From: Candidatus Daviesbacteria bacterium RIFCSPLOWO2_01_FULL_39_23
GTDB taxonomy: Bacteria; Patescibacteriota; Microgenomatia; Daviesbacterales; UBA10151
Length of the DNA stretch: 64,000 nt
Assembly (NCBI GenBank): GCA_001776935.1
Contig: MFDN01000001.1
Coordinates: forward strand, 293,449-357,448
Reading direction: 5' to 3'
The notes beneath the pieces are model-generated. The model was not told where the DNA came from. It did no database searches and saw only the letters and a list, made by a program, of their open reading frames with translations. Made by a program: the position numbers and the translations under genes. Shown here one piece after another: positions 38,429-48,685 of the stretch; the stretch's first letter is position 1, and each line of letters begins with the position of its first letter.

Positions 38429-41400
38429 ATGAACGATTTTCTAAAACAGTTAGGACAAAATGTCAGTTCAGCTGCAAATCAGGTGAGTAAAAATATTGGG
38501 GATTTCTTCTCCAATACCCAGCGTGGAGTTTCAGAAAGCATTTCTTCATTGGTTAAAGGAACGCAAAAAAACATTTTTGAGCCAATCGGGAAACTCATGC
38601 CTGAACAATATGATATTGAAATAGAGGGACCTTCAGGACAAAAGTACAAAGCATTTAAAAACCTATATGTCGAAACAGCAGCGCAAGCACTCGGTCTTGG
38701 AGGCAGAGATACTGATGTTTTGGAAAGACTTCCCAGCGCCACTATCGGGGCATTCAAAGGAGCAACTGACGGACTGGCACAATCGCTCACCTTTGGCTGG
38801 TGGAATCCGGAGATAAAGTATGCCAACGACATCGAAGAACAGGCTGGCAAAATGACAGAGGTTGAATTCAATGTCATCGGAACTGTAGGTACATTTCTCG
38901 TAGGAGGTGGGCTTGTGGCGGGCGCACTAAAAGGAATTCCTCTTCTTGCCAGAGCAGCAACAATAGCTCCGAGAACATTCAGCTTACTATCAAACGGTCT
39001 TACCTTTGCAGGTCTTACCCAGGTCCAGAAAGACGAAGCCCAAAAAGATGCTGGCCAAAGAGCAAAGGACTTTGTTAGTGATTTTGCATTAGGTGGAGCA
39101 TTTTCAATAGCAGGGATGAAACCTTCATTCTTTAAATCCTCTGCAATTATTGGACCGGCAACTTATGTGACTTCACTTCTTAAAGGAGATTCAAATGAAG
39201 ATGCATTAAAAAACACAGCAGCCATGATGGGACTTCATTCTCTCAATTTTGCTGTAGCTAAATACCTTCCATATGGAGGCAACCCCCAGAAACAAATGGA
39301 GAAAGCCACTGGAGAACAACTAAATATAACAAAGCAGGAGGCACTGAAATATCTAGGTGTGGAAGAAAAAGCCACTGCAGAACAAATCAAACAAGCCTGG
39401 AAAAATAAAGTAGTAGAAATTACCAAAGCATTTCCAGCTCAGGCGAAACAAACCCCTCAAAAGATGGGGCAATTCAATCAAGCTTGGAATACAGCAAATC
39501 GCGCATATGAATTTATAACAAAAGCGAGCAATCCGGCAGGATATACAGGCAAATCATTCCGCCAGGAATTTCAGGATCTTTACTATGAACTCTGGCAGAC
39601 AGTACCAGACAAAAGAGCGTTAATTGTAATAACGATCCGCAATTTGCCTGCAGGATTATCAGTAAGAGCAACCCTGGAAGATTCTCAAAGAAATGAAATT
39701 ATCACAGCATTAGGTGGAGAAAATGCAAAAACCCGACTCGGCAGAGTTGCAGAATTAACAGATGCAGACTTAGTGGCAGTAGCAATGGAGAACAACATCA
39801 AGGTAAGTCCATCAAAAGGAATACTAGAACAGGCAATTGCCGAGGCAGCAAAAACACCCAAAGCAACCCAGCCAACAGTTGAAAGAACAGAGATTTGGAA
39901 TGTGCCAGGCGATCTTATGCCAGTCAAAGGCAAACCTACCTGGAAGCATAGCAAGATGCTCTGGAATACCATGCGCAATCAATACGGCATGACCAACACC
40001 TGGGGCAAAGATATAACAAAAAATAAAGGAGCGGTCTTCTGGATTATCGACACCCTAGAAAACGGACTGGCAAGCAAAAAAGACTTAATGGCCGAAGCCA
40101 GAAAAACAAAAGGGGTACACATGGACAGATACCAGTATAAAAAACTCTATGCAATGTTTAAATCCCACGACTATGATATTGAAGGCTACAAAAAAGTAAT
40201 GGCAACTTTAAAAGGATTAAAACCTGCGGTAATAGAAAAAACCCAGGAGTTTGCTGCTAAAGCTCAGTCACCAGCACAACCTGTTTCTATCTCTGAACCT
40301 GAAGTGAAACCGGCAGAGGGTTTTCAATTTGATCCCAATTCAACAGTAAATCAGGGCAAAGTGATAGTCAAAGACTCAAGCATCTTCGAGAAAGGAACGT
40401 TCTTCCGACAGAAAGGAAAAGATACTGGAGTGTCCTACTTAATGGGTAAGAATACTCAAACCGGGAATACAGAAGTACAGACAATCTATTTTGACAAAAA
40501 GTTATTTGCCGAAGAAAAAGCAGCTAAGTGGTGGACGAAAAATGCAGACAGATTTATAAAACCTTGGAGTGTAAAAGAAGAAAAACTTCCATCTACACCA
40601 GAACCAAAGCATGTGTCTGAGATAACAAAAGAAGGTACAATCCGAGTCGTCCGTTATTCAACAGAAAAAACAGTCAATACCGATGAATTTAGAGGCGGGA
40701 CTTGGTATGCAACACCGGAAAGCAAAACATTTGATTTCAGCAAAGAAGAAGGCATTGGAGGAAATCTAAAAACTGAAACAGCGGTAGAAGTTAAAAATCC
40801 TCTTGTGATTAAGGGAGCAAACACAGAAGATGGTTCGTTTGCTGTGGTGAACGAAGGTTATGAAAACTTCCTGCCAGAGCAACAGAAAAACCTTGCAAAT
40901 GAATTATGGGAAAGAATTCATACACCTGAAGAAATCCCAGACGAAACGGAAACAGAAGGGATCATAAGTGATATCTTAATCAGAAATGGAGACGGTAAAG
41001 ATCAGATTGCCAATGTAGTCAAATCATCGAACAAAATCGACGCAGCCATGGATCTGATAATTTCCAAAGGATTAAAAGTGGAGGGTTATGATGCTCTTAT
41101 ACTCACAAACACATATAAGGATCAGGAAATAGATAGACATGTATTTAAGTTTATAAAGGAAACCGAACCTACTGTAAAACCTTTAATAACTGATAAATTT
41201 ACCCCAGCCGAGCAAAAAGCTGCCAGAGCCGAAGAAATCAGGTTGAAATATAGGCCGGAAGAAAAAGAATTGCTCGATGTAGAACGAATCCCTAGTATTG
41301 GTGAAATCATGCGAAGCACAAAATTCAAAGATAGAATCTCCGGAAAGGTAACTGCGCCTGATACACCAAGAGCAGATGAATTAAAAGATGCCCCCTCAGG

Positions 41401-44062
41401 GCAGCCACCTAGATCCCCAGAAGAAACACCCTTATCAGGTTCAACTCCTCCGCCTGAAGGCAGTGCACTTAGTGCAATAGATGCGATGGTGGGCAAAAAG
41501 TCCGCAGTAAGGAATATTGGTGAAATGATAACAGGAGCAATCAGATCATTCCCCCGTTTGTTTACTGATAGGTTTGCGGCTATCAGAAAATTTGAAGATG
41601 ATGTCAGTAAACTGCAAGGACAACCAATAGATATAAACTCCAGTCCTTACGTAGCAGCCAGAATGTATGCCGGAAGGTTTGGTATTGTGGAAGGAAGTTT
41701 TCGAGATTTACAAAAAATATTAGAGTCAGTAAGAAAGCTGCGGCCAGATTTCACAAGGTTCGTATTAGCACAACGTGCCATTGAAAGGGGTGAGAGAGGA
41801 TTTCAAAACCCAGCTGGAGTAACTCAGGAGACTGCCAAACAAGCACTTGAAGAACTAAGAGCAAAGGTCGGCGAAAAAGTATACCAACAATTTGAACAAG
41901 CTGGGCAAAATATCCAGGACTGGTCCATAAACACAATCCTAAAACCTATGAAGAATGCAGGTATTCTTAGTAACGAAGCATTCAACGCGATAACCGAAAA
42001 GAATAAGCACTGGATGCCCTTCCATGTTCTCGATTACCTGCCAAGTCCGGAACAGGCAGACAAGATACCAATTGGCAGTGAAACCTTTTCAGTGAGTAAA
42101 CAAGGAGTAGTAAAAGCGCTGGAAGGAACAGAGAAAATTATCAGAGATCCTTTCGAGTCTATTCTCGACAACCTGACAAAAGCAGTATCGCTAACCAAAA
42201 GAAATGAAGTAGCTCGTAAGTTAATAGACTTGAGGAACGTTCATCCGGAAGCAAAAGAGTTTATTAAATTCCTGCCAGGAGATCAAAGACCACAAGAAGG
42301 ATGGGACAGCATCTCTGTATTTATAAAAGGTAAAGCAATCCGCTGGGCATTACCAAACGAACTCTCAGAAGCAATGCATGCTATGACTCCGCCGGAAGCA
42401 AACCTTCTTGGGAAAATGATTCTGTTGTCCTCCAAAGCATTCAAAGCGGGTACAACTACTCTCTATTTTCCATTCACTCTGTCCAATGCAATCAGGGACT
42501 ACCAGACAGCCACAATGGTATCTAAATGGGGCTTTAATCCGGCAGTCTGGCTCTCAGGTTTTGGAGATGGACTCAAAGGTGCATTCAAATGGGAGTCAAA
42601 AGCCTATGACGAATTCATGAGAAATGAGGGTGGCTATGGAGGCTATATACAATCTGCCAAAGGACTCGCTATAGCGTCAAAAGAATTATTCGCACCCCAA
42701 TGGATGCAAAGAACAAAAGCAGTCCTTAATCCATTTGAATTGATAAGTAATTTTTCAGAAGCAATAGAACTGGCTCCCCGTCTTGGAATTTACAAAAAAG
42801 GAATAGGCAAAGAGGGAGTAACACCTCTGGAAGCAGCATTTGAGGCAAGAAACGTCACAGTCGACTTTGCCAAAGCAGGTATAGAAGGAAGGCTTATTAA
42901 TATGTGGATTCCATTCGTAAATGCCAGATGGCAGGGGTTACTCAACGTAGGGCGTGTAATGAAGGACAATCCGCTAAGAACTGCAGCAAGAGCGCTGGCA
43001 ATGACTGTTCTGCCAGGAGTAGCAACCTATTTTTATAACGTCATGAATCATGAGGAACTTTGGGATGATATTCCACAATGGGCAAAAGACACCTACTTCA
43101 TCATTATCGTAGGAGAAGAAAAAGATAAAGACGGCAATACAGTACCAAAAGTGGTGCAAATTCCAAAAGGAGATATCGGCGCAATTTTCTTCAATCCAAT
43201 CATGTACGCACTGGAATATGTAAGAAAGCAAGAACCGCAAAACCTCTTCGCGCTGGGGTTGGAATGGACCAGCCAGCTCTCGCCTGTGCCATTTACCAGA
43301 GATGGTGAATTATCAGCGCAGGCATTTTTGGGAGGCGCTCTTCCTCCGGCATTAAAAACACCAATAGAGCTGGCAACCAATACAAACTTCTTTACAGGCT
43401 TTCCTGTAGTGCCAAGAAAGCTGGAAAAGGTAGCACCCTCTGAGCAATATGATGAAAGAACTCCGGAACTGGCAATAACAGTAGGCAGAGCATCGGGAGT
43501 AAGTCCTATGAAACTGACTCACGCAATCTACGGCTTAACAGGCAGTTTCTCCAAAGAATTAATCAATCCGACAGATATCCTCGGAATGACAGCGCAGCGC
43601 TTTTACAGGGCATCAGGTGGCGAGAAACAACGCCTTGCGTGGGATTTGAAGTATGACACCGAAGTTGGCTACAACACGACCCGCTTGCAAATTCAGAAAG
43701 CCATGCAGGAAGGTAATATGCAGGAAGCACAACGGATCGCTACAGAGTGGAATACAAAAGCTGCACAAATTGTACCCGTTATAGTTCCGCTTCTTATGAA
43801 AGATGATCCTAAAGAAGCTGCCAGTTTTCAGAAAAGCGTCACATTCGGTAATGACGATATACAGAGACTACTGAAATTAAATCCTCCTGCAGAAAACACA
43901 AGTCAACCGAAAGGCTCAGAGATTAGAGGTATTAAAAATTTATTAAGAGGTAGCCAACCGCCTGCAGGTGCATCTCAAGCACAACCAACAATGGGTCAAT
44001 TTTTCCCGGGTAATAAACAAAGCGGAGATGATCAAACCATTAAAAACTTAATTTATCGATAA
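38429..44062 (+). CDS. Giant (approx. 1877-1900 aa) virion-associated protein (internal/ejection or tail-associated), function unknown
   Basis: ORF track 38360-44062. In-frame ATG at 38429 follows the upstream stop and an AGGAG RBS. N-terminal Gly-rich hydrophobic segments, Pro/acidic linker near residue 1000, no catalytic motif recognised. Confidence 0.5.
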   Translation: MNDFLKQLGQNVSSAANQVSKNIGDFFSNTQRGVSESISSLVKGTQKNIFEPIGKLMPEQYDIEIEGPSGQKYKAFKNLYVETAAQALGLGGRDTDVLERLPSATIGAFKGATDGLAQSLTFGWWNPEIKYANDIEEQAGKMTEVEFNVIGTVGTFLVGGGLVAGALKGIPLLARAATIAPRTFSLLSNGLTFAGLTQVQKDEAQKDAGQRAKDFVSDFALGGAFSIAGMKPSFFKSSAIIGPATYVTSLLKGDSNEDALKNTAAMMGLHSLNFAVAKYLPYGGNPQKQMEKATGEQLNITKQEALKYLGVEEKATAEQIKQAWKNKVVEITKAFPAQAKQTPQKMGQFNQAWNTANRAYEFITKASNPAGYTGKSFRQEFQDLYYELWQTVPDKRALIVITIRNLPAGLSVRATLEDSQRNEIITALGGENAKTRLGRVAELTDADLVAVAMENNIKVSPSKGILEQAIAEAAKTPKATQPTVERTEIWNVPGDLMPVKGKPTWKHSKMLWNTMRNQYGMTNTWGKDITKNKGAVFWIIDTLENGLASKKDLMAEARKTKGVHMDRYQYKKLYAMFKSHDYDIEGYKKVMATLKGLKPAVIEKTQEFAAKAQSPAQPVSISEPEVKPAEGFQFDPNSTVNQGKVIVKDSSIFEKGTFFRQKGKDTGVSYLMGKNTQTGNTEVQTIYFDKKLFAEEKAAKWWTKNADRFIKPWSVKEEKLPSTPEPKHVSEITKEGTIRVVRYSTEKTVNTDEFRGGTWYATPESKTFDFSKEEGIGGNLKTETAVEVKNPLVIKGANTEDGSFAVVNEGYENFLPEQQKNLANELWERIHTPEEIPDETETEGIISDILIRNGDGKDQIANVVKSSNKIDAAMDLIISKGLKVEGYDALILTNTYKDQEIDRHVFKFIKETEPTVKPLITDKFTPAEQKAARAEEIRLKYRPEEKELLDVERIPSIGEIMRSTKFKDRISGKVTAPDTPRADELKDAPSGQPPRSPEETPLSGSTPPPEGSALSAIDAMVGKKSAVRNIGEMITGAIRSFPRLFTDRFAAIRKFEDDVSKLQGQPIDINSSPYVAARMYAGRFGIVEGSFRDLQKILESVRKLRPDFTRFVLAQRAIERGERGFQNPAGVTQETAKQALEELRAKVGEKVYQQFEQAGQNIQDWSINTILKPMKNAGILSNEAFNAITEKNKHWMPFHVLDYLPSPEQADKIPIGSETFSVSKQGVVKALEGTEKIIRDPFESILDNLTKAVSLTKRNEVARKLIDLRNVHPEAKEFIKFLPGDQRPQEGWDSISVFIKGKAIRWALPNELSEAMHAMTPPEANLLGKMILLSSKAFKAGTTTLYFPFTLSNAIRDYQTATMVSKWGFNPAVWLSGFGDGLKGAFKWESKAYDEFMRNEGGYGGYIQSAKGLAIASKELFAPQWMQRTKAVLNPFELISNFSEAIELAPRLGIYKKGIGKEGVTPLEAAFEARNVTVDFAKAGIEGRLINMWIPFVNARWQGLLNVGRVMKDNPLRTAARALAMTVLPGVATYFYNVMNHEELWDDIPQWAKDTYFIIIVGEEKDKDGNTVPKVVQIPKGDIGAIFFNPIMYALEYVRKQEPQNLFALGLEWTSQLSPVPFTRDGELSAQAFLGGALPPALKTPIELATNTNFFTGFPVVPRKLEKVAPSEQYDERTPELAITVGRASGVSPMKLTHAIYGLTGSFSKELINPTDILGMTAQRFYRASGGEKQRLAWDLKYDTEVGYNTTRLQIQKAMQEGNMQEAQRIATEWNTKAAQIVPVIVPLLMKDDPKEAASFQKSVTFGNDDIQRLLKLNPPAENTSQPKGSEIRGIKNLLRGSQPPAGASQAQPTMGQFFPGNKQSGDDQTIKNLIYR

Positions 44063-44067
44063 AAACT

Positions 44068-45141
44068 ATGGCAGATATCATACGATCAATAGAACCATTT
44101 GAACTGACACAGGGATTCGGAGACAACCCTCAGGCTTACGCCCGTTTTGGACTAAAAGGTCATAACGGTTGGGATTTAAGAACTCAATATCCGGATACTC
44201 CTAAAGGCTTCAGGAACATACTGACTTCATGGTTGAGCAAATTTTATACCCAAGGAAACGAAGGAAACGATGGTTTCGGGCTCTATTTTGAAGTTATTGT
44301 ACAACTTTATAACACATATAAACTCACTTACGCACATTGCAATTCGATAGAAAACTTTCAAACAAAAAACGAAGGTGAAGCAATGGGCATAAGTGATAAC
44401 ACTGGAAACAGTACCGGCAGTCACCTTCATCTGACAGTAAAAAGAGGTTCACTCCAAAATGGAAAGTTTATAAGCGATAACTACAATAACGGCTACTTCG
44501 GAGCAATTGAACCACAAGAATTCTATGATGAATTAAGACAGTATAAAAAAGAGAAAGGTACAACACAAAACCCAGAAGGCTGTCTTGTCCCCAACACTCT
44601 AGAATGGAGGCAAAAGTACGAAGAAATTGTAAGTAGCGCTAATAAATGGGCAGAAACGCTAAAGATTTTAGAGATAACTGATGACCCTAACACTACCCCT
44701 CCCGATAGAATTAAAAGCACCATCGCTGGGTATAAAAGTAGGGAAACAGACTTAAACAACAAGCTAAATGAGAAACAACAACAGATTGATGTTGCCAACA
44801 GAGAACTAGAGAATAGAAAAGAACAAGTTAGCAGAATGGAAAAAGGACTGCTAGATAAGGAAAAGTATTACAAGTCCCAAATAGACGCACTAAATAAACA
44901 GATTAAAAACGGCTCTGAATCTCTACCCTTGGCACAGGCTAGGATAGGGGTACTGGAAAAGGAACTTGACGAAGCTAATAAAGCAAAAGGGGGAGCGTTA
45001 CTGGGAGCTGAAGAATATAAAACAAAGTTCGAGTCATCCCAAAAAGGCACACTAATACCTACTCCGCAAATTATCTTCTCGTTAATTATTCAGTACATAG
45101 GAAATAGTCTCAAACCAAAAGGGGGTGATAAGCATGGATAA
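44068..45141 (+). CDS. M23-family peptidase (endolysin-like) with C-terminal coiled-coil and hydrophobic tail
   Basis: 'GHNGWDLR' (HxxxD) and 'GSHLHLTV' (HxH) zinc-ligand motifs. Coiled-coil 'NKLNEKQQQIDVANRELENRKEQVSRME'. Confidence 0.65.
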   Translation: MADIIRSIEPFELTQGFGDNPQAYARFGLKGHNGWDLRTQYPDTPKGFRNILTSWLSKFYTQGNEGNDGFGLYFEVIVQLYNTYKLTYAHCNSIENFQTKNEGEAMGISDNTGNSTGSHLHLTVKRGSLQNGKFISDNYNNGYFGAIEPQEFYDELRQYKKEKGTTQNPEGCLVPNTLEWRQKYEEIVSSANKWAETLKILEITDDPNTTPPDRIKSTIAGYKSRETDLNNKLNEKQQQIDVANRELENRKEQVSRMEKGLLDKEKYYKSQIDALNKQIKNGSESLPLAQARIGVLEKELDEANKAKGGALLGAEEYKTKFESSQKGTLIPTPQIIFSLIIQYIGNSLKPKGGDKHG

Positions 45142-45397
45142 TCTCTATCCCGAATGGAAAAAAGTAGCCTGGCGATTTATTCGTGTTTTTATATCCGCCT
45201 TCCTTTTTACAGGATCACTGGTTCTTATGAATGCACAGCCAGAATCTCTCACTAATGAGGATAAATTCCTAAATACATTAATAATGCCTTTCTTTTTATC
45301 AGGGGCAATTGCAGGAATTAATGCCGTTGGAAAGCTGTTGCGTGATCTATTAGGTTCAAAGGGAAAGGATGGTTTAGTAGATAAACTGCCATTCTAG
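45125..45397 (+). CDS. Holin-like small membrane protein
   Basis: 90 aa, two hydrophobic helices, charged C-terminus. Overlaps the peptidase gene end. Confidence 0.4.
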   Translation: MISMDNLYPEWKKVAWRFIRVFISAFLFTGSLVLMNAQPESLTNEDKFLNTLIMPFFLSGAIAGINAVGKLLRDLLGSKGKDGLVDKLPF

Positions 45398-45402
45398 AAA
45401 CT

Positions 45403-45654
45403 ATGGAAAAAAGCGGACCAGTAAATACTATAAACATGCTTGAAAGAGTAGCCAAACTCGAAGAGCGGGTTGATGGCGGGTTCAGCTATGTCGAGAAAGA
45501 ACTGACGGAAATAAAGGAAAATCACTTGCAACATCTGCAGGCAGATGTGAGTGAGCTAAAAATCCAGGTTAATACATTGGCTGTAAAAATAAGCATTGCT
45601 GTGGCAATAGCGACTATCATTGTGGATATTGCCTTCCGCTTTTTCTTTAGATGA
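45403..45654 (+). CDS. XhlA-like (phage haemolysin/lysis accessory) protein
   Basis: 83 aa. N-terminal coiled-coil 'LERVAKLEERVDGG...LQADVSELKIQVNTL' plus C-terminal TM 'ISIAVAIATIIVDIAF', as in XhlA-family proteins. Confidence 0.4.
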   Translation: MEKSGPVNTINMLERVAKLEERVDGGFSYVEKELTEIKENHLQHLQADVSELKIQVNTLAVKISIAVAIATIIVDIAFRFFFR

Positions 45655-45659
45655 AGGTA

Positions 45660-45947
45660 TTATTTACCCTTCTTCTTTTCTTTGGTAGGAAGTGGTTCGT
45701 GACCCAGAAGATTTTGGAGATCCTTTGTAAAGCCTTCAAAGGCATTGGCATTCAAAACAGTGAAGTAATTTGTATCAGGTACACCTGTAAATATAAGTGT
45801 ATCGCCGGGCTGGATATTTTGTGCCTTTCTTAATTTTGCAGGAATAACCAACTGGCCTCTAGAACTTACTGGAGATGTTCCATAAACAACAGTTTTTGCC
45901 TCTTTTCTTACTGCTTTGCCCTCTTTTTGCTTTGTTTTGTTTTTCAT
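45660..45947 (-). CDS. AbrB/MazE (SpoVT_AbrB swapped-hairpin) family small DNA-binding protein
   Basis: 'GQLVIPAKLRKAQNIQPGDTLIF' matches the looped-hinge-helix motif. Confidence 0.5.
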   Translation of the reverse strand: MKNKTKQKEGKAVRKEAKTVVYGTSPVSSRGQLVIPAKLRKAQNIQPGDTLIFTGVPDTNYFTVLNANAFEGFTKDLQNLLGHEPLPTKEKKKGK

Positions 45948-46247
45948 ATATTGAAACTAAATTTTGGGCAGTGTAAAATCTTAGATAAGAGAAATCTTAA
46001 ATCTCTTAAGTTTATTAGAATGTATTATACAATAAACGTGGATAAAATACGCAAGGAAGATGCTATAATAAAAACGTTAGCTGGGAGAAGCAAAAGATTT
46101 TATACCCATGTGGTCTTTAAGAGATTGGAGCTGTAGCTGGAGATCTAGTGTGATATAGTCCCTGAGGCTAAATAGGTCCGAGCCAATTACGCTCCCCCGC
46201 TCACAAGTCTTAACTTGCTTTAAGTGTATTTACAAATTTGTGTAATT

Positions 46248-47960
46248 TTACCGACTGGATTCTTGTAGATGATAGACCTGCATTTTTCGTAATAGATCAA
46301 ACAGTTGTTCTGATAATTCTTTCTCAGTTTGCAGCTGTCCGGCCTCTTGGGAACTTTTCATAAATCTTTTTTTTATTTCTTCAAATCCAGCAGGACTGAG
46401 TAATTGCCGGGCGTTTTCAACTTGAATTCTTGCTCTGTTTCTACTTCTCAGCCAACGTGCTGCTAATTCATTATTCCATTGATCGATAGTGCCATCAACA
46501 AACACATGCCATTCTTGTCCAACTAATATTGCACCCGCAAATATGGAATTAAAATCTGTCAATCCCATATCTTCTTCTATTGCTTGCCTGCTTCTGTGAA
46601 CTAAGCCCTCATAAGAGGGTAAATTATTCACATACCAACCCGAACTTTCTGATACAGCAAATAATTGCTCAATTAGAAATGATCCCGGCCGTTTATAGTT
46701 GCCTTCTACCAGCAATAAGCCTGCTTGGGTAACAGAGGGGATAACTCTATAATCTGGATAGCCCATTCGCTCAAGTTTTCGTTTAGCCAATTCAGCAACT
46801 TTCTGCGGACTTTCTTCACTTTTCTCCTTGCATACTGCCAGCTGGTCTCTATGACAGTAGGCAGAACAGACGGATTCAAACTTTGGTTTTGTATCGCCCG
46901 ACCAATGTGCCAATCTATCCGGTGTGGGCTGATGATATTTTAATGTCATCAGCTGTGAAACAGCGCAACTTGTGTTATTGTGCACTGGGGTGCTGATCCC
47001 CATATCTGATGCGACTTGTCTAACAAGTTTTTTTATACCGTCGGGTAAAATTTTTGCTACAGGATAATCAATCGCAGTGTATTCGGGTGGTAACGGATAC
47101 CCGGCTTTACTAAAAGCTTCTGCTGTAACACCCCGATATACAAAAAGACCTCCAACCGTATAAATATCGGCAAATTGTTGCGTATCATGAATAGTTTCTT
47201 TAATTTTACCTTCAGTTGCATTAATTCCTGTGATCATAGGACGCATAGAAACAATAACCGGAATGCCTGCATTGTGCATTTGCTCCATTGTTTTTAAGCG
47301 TGCTTTTCCGTTTATTGGTTCAATTTCCTGTGGCATTCCGCTGTAGGTTACAATGCAGATAGGCCTTCCTCCCATTTCTTTCACTTTTCTTATTTGTTCT
47401 GCATAGTTTGGAGTAATGCCCATTTTTGTAATAAACAAAATTGGCCCGGTGTGTTGTAACTCGGTTACCATTCTTTTCATGATTTCAACAGTTTTGCCCC
47501 AATCCATTCCAGGATCATTGAAGTTTTCCAATATAACTGAAGAGCTTGTTTCGTAGTATGGATATTGCCCTATTGCATTTATTAAATCATCTGCGGCAAT
47601 TTCTTGATCTATTTTGTTGCCAACCATGAGTCTGGAATTAACTGATATGCCTCCGTCCACCCCACAGGACAAATATCCGGCTATTTTATCTCCATTTGTG
47701 TTTTTATCTAAAGAGATTTGGTTGCAATAAATACATCCGACTGCGCATCCGGGACCGCTTTCTCCAGCATGAACAATTCCGGTTTTTTTCCAAAGAGCAG
47801 TCGGACGCAAGCTCTGGTCAATGTGTTCAGAAAATATGAGATCTGCAGAAGGTAAGCTTACGCCTTCCAGAGGTGTAAACGTTCCAAAAACAGGATTGCC
47901 TTCTGCTTCTCGTCCCATTGGGCGGACGTATTTATTAGAATTATTTGATTCTATTGACAT
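46248..47960 (-). CDS. Radical SAM protein (570 aa) with C-terminal extension, function unknown
   Basis: 'ESGPGCAVGCIYCNQ' gives CxxxCxxC after a Gly-rich stretch. The ~200-aa C-terminal extension has no recognised motif. Confidence 0.65.
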   Translation of the reverse strand: MSIESNNSNKYVRPMGREAEGNPVFGTFTPLEGVSLPSADLIFSEHIDQSLRPTALWKKTGIVHAGESGPGCAVGCIYCNQISLDKNTNGDKIAGYLSCGVDGGISVNSRLMVGNKIDQEIAADDLINAIGQYPYYETSSSVILENFNDPGMDWGKTVEIMKRMVTELQHTGPILFITKMGITPNYAEQIRKVKEMGGRPICIVTYSGMPQEIEPINGKARLKTMEQMHNAGIPVIVSMRPMITGINATEGKIKETIHDTQQFADIYTVGGLFVYRGVTAEAFSKAGYPLPPEYTAIDYPVAKILPDGIKKLVRQVASDMGISTPVHNNTSCAVSQLMTLKYHQPTPDRLAHWSGDTKPKFESVCSAYCHRDQLAVCKEKSEESPQKVAELAKRKLERMGYPDYRVIPSVTQAGLLLVEGNYKRPGSFLIEQLFAVSESSGWYVNNLPSYEGLVHRSRQAIEEDMGLTDFNSIFAGAILVGQEWHVFVDGTIDQWNNELAARWLRSRNRARIQVENARQLLSPAGFEEIKKRFMKSSQEAGQLQTEKELSEQLFDLLRKMQVYHLQESSR

Positions 47961-48452
47961 TTATCCTCCGGTTATAGATCTATTGGGAAGGTTTAAAGAA
48001 TTATTTAGCCGCTCCAGTGCTTCTGTAATGATTCCCGGGACTTGTGGTAATGTGGGCAATCTTTTTAGGGCATCTAAAGGCACCCAAGTAAAAGCAGAGG
48101 ATTCATGATTAGCGCCTATATTGATATCTTCATTTGCCAAATCAATAATATAAGCAAACATAAGCCGGTGATAGGAAATTACTTTCCCGTCCGGCTGTTG
48201 CTTTTGAAAAGTTGATGAACGGATAATCGGCCCGGGAATGATAATCCTTGCGTCCGAGTTAAGTTCTTCTCCTATTTCCCTTTTTAATGTATCTTCCGGA
48301 TGCTCTCCAAATTCCAAAGCGCCCCCGGGCAATTGCCACTTATTATGTTCCTCAGGATTGTCTGGTTGATAACGTTTGGTTAACAACACCTGATTATCTT
48401 TATTGAATGCAACTCCTAATACACCAGCAATAAGTACTTCTGCTTTTGACAT
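47961..48452 (-). CDS. NUDIX hydrolase
   Basis: Nudix box 'GGALEFGEHPEDTLKREIGEELN' (Gx5Ex7REUxEExGU). Directly abuts the radical SAM gene. Confidence 0.75.
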   Translation of the reverse strand: MSKAEVLIAGVLGVAFNKDNQVLLTKRYQPDNPEEHNKWQLPGGALEFGEHPEDTLKREIGEELNSDARIIIPGPIIRSSTFQKQQPDGKVISYHRLMFAYIIDLANEDINIGANHESSAFTWVPLDALKRLPTLPQVPGIITEALERLNNSLNLPNRSITGG

Positions 48453-48685
48453 TTTATTATAGTATTATATTTCCCACACAAATATAAATAATAACAAAAA
48501 AATAGGAAATAGTCAAAACTATAGGGTTAACTGTGCAAAAGTCCTGCAAGGGTTATTTTCCGATATTGGGAAAACAAGCATCTAATTCATAAGGTGTGGG
48601 TTTAACAATGCAGGCCCTTGATGGGAATTCTACCTTACTGATGCTGCAGACATTGTTAGATAATTTAAGGTGCAAGCCAAGGATT

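Larger units (their letters stand above)
27053..45654 (+). mobile_element. Phage-like structural and lysis module (prophage remnant or partial prophage); no portal/terminase/integrase recognised in window
   Basis: Co-directional block: scaffold-like acidic protein, major capsid protein, SAP-domain protein, repeat-domain proteins with PGRP amidase, tail-fibre repeats, 1900-aa protein, M23 peptidase, holin-like and XhlA-like proteins. Strong RBSs and a hairpin after the capsid gene. Confidence 0.5.

Noticed and set aside
39300-39560. J-domain-like segment ('LKYLGVEEKATAEQIKQAWKNK...') in the 1900-aa protein
   Set aside because: No HPD tripeptide, so it is not a bona fide DnaJ J-domain.
1293-45050. 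Many 60-130-aa ORFs in the six-frame track lying antisense to or nested within long genes (e.g. 1293-1487, 1842-2078, 3064-3387, 3439-3666, 4414-4713, 11887-12150, 24432-24782, 31374-31852, 34451-34798, 36124-36409, 38479-38877, 41122-41496, 43093-43380, 44523-44798)
   Set aside because: They overlap well-supported CDSs on the other strand or frame, lack RBSs and have low-complexity translations. Treated as spurious.
46248-47960. Radical SAM protein as a prokaryotic viperin
   Set aside because: The Cys box 'CAVGCIYC' and the 570-aa length do not resemble the viperin CNYKCGFC core. Kept only as an unknown radical SAM protein.
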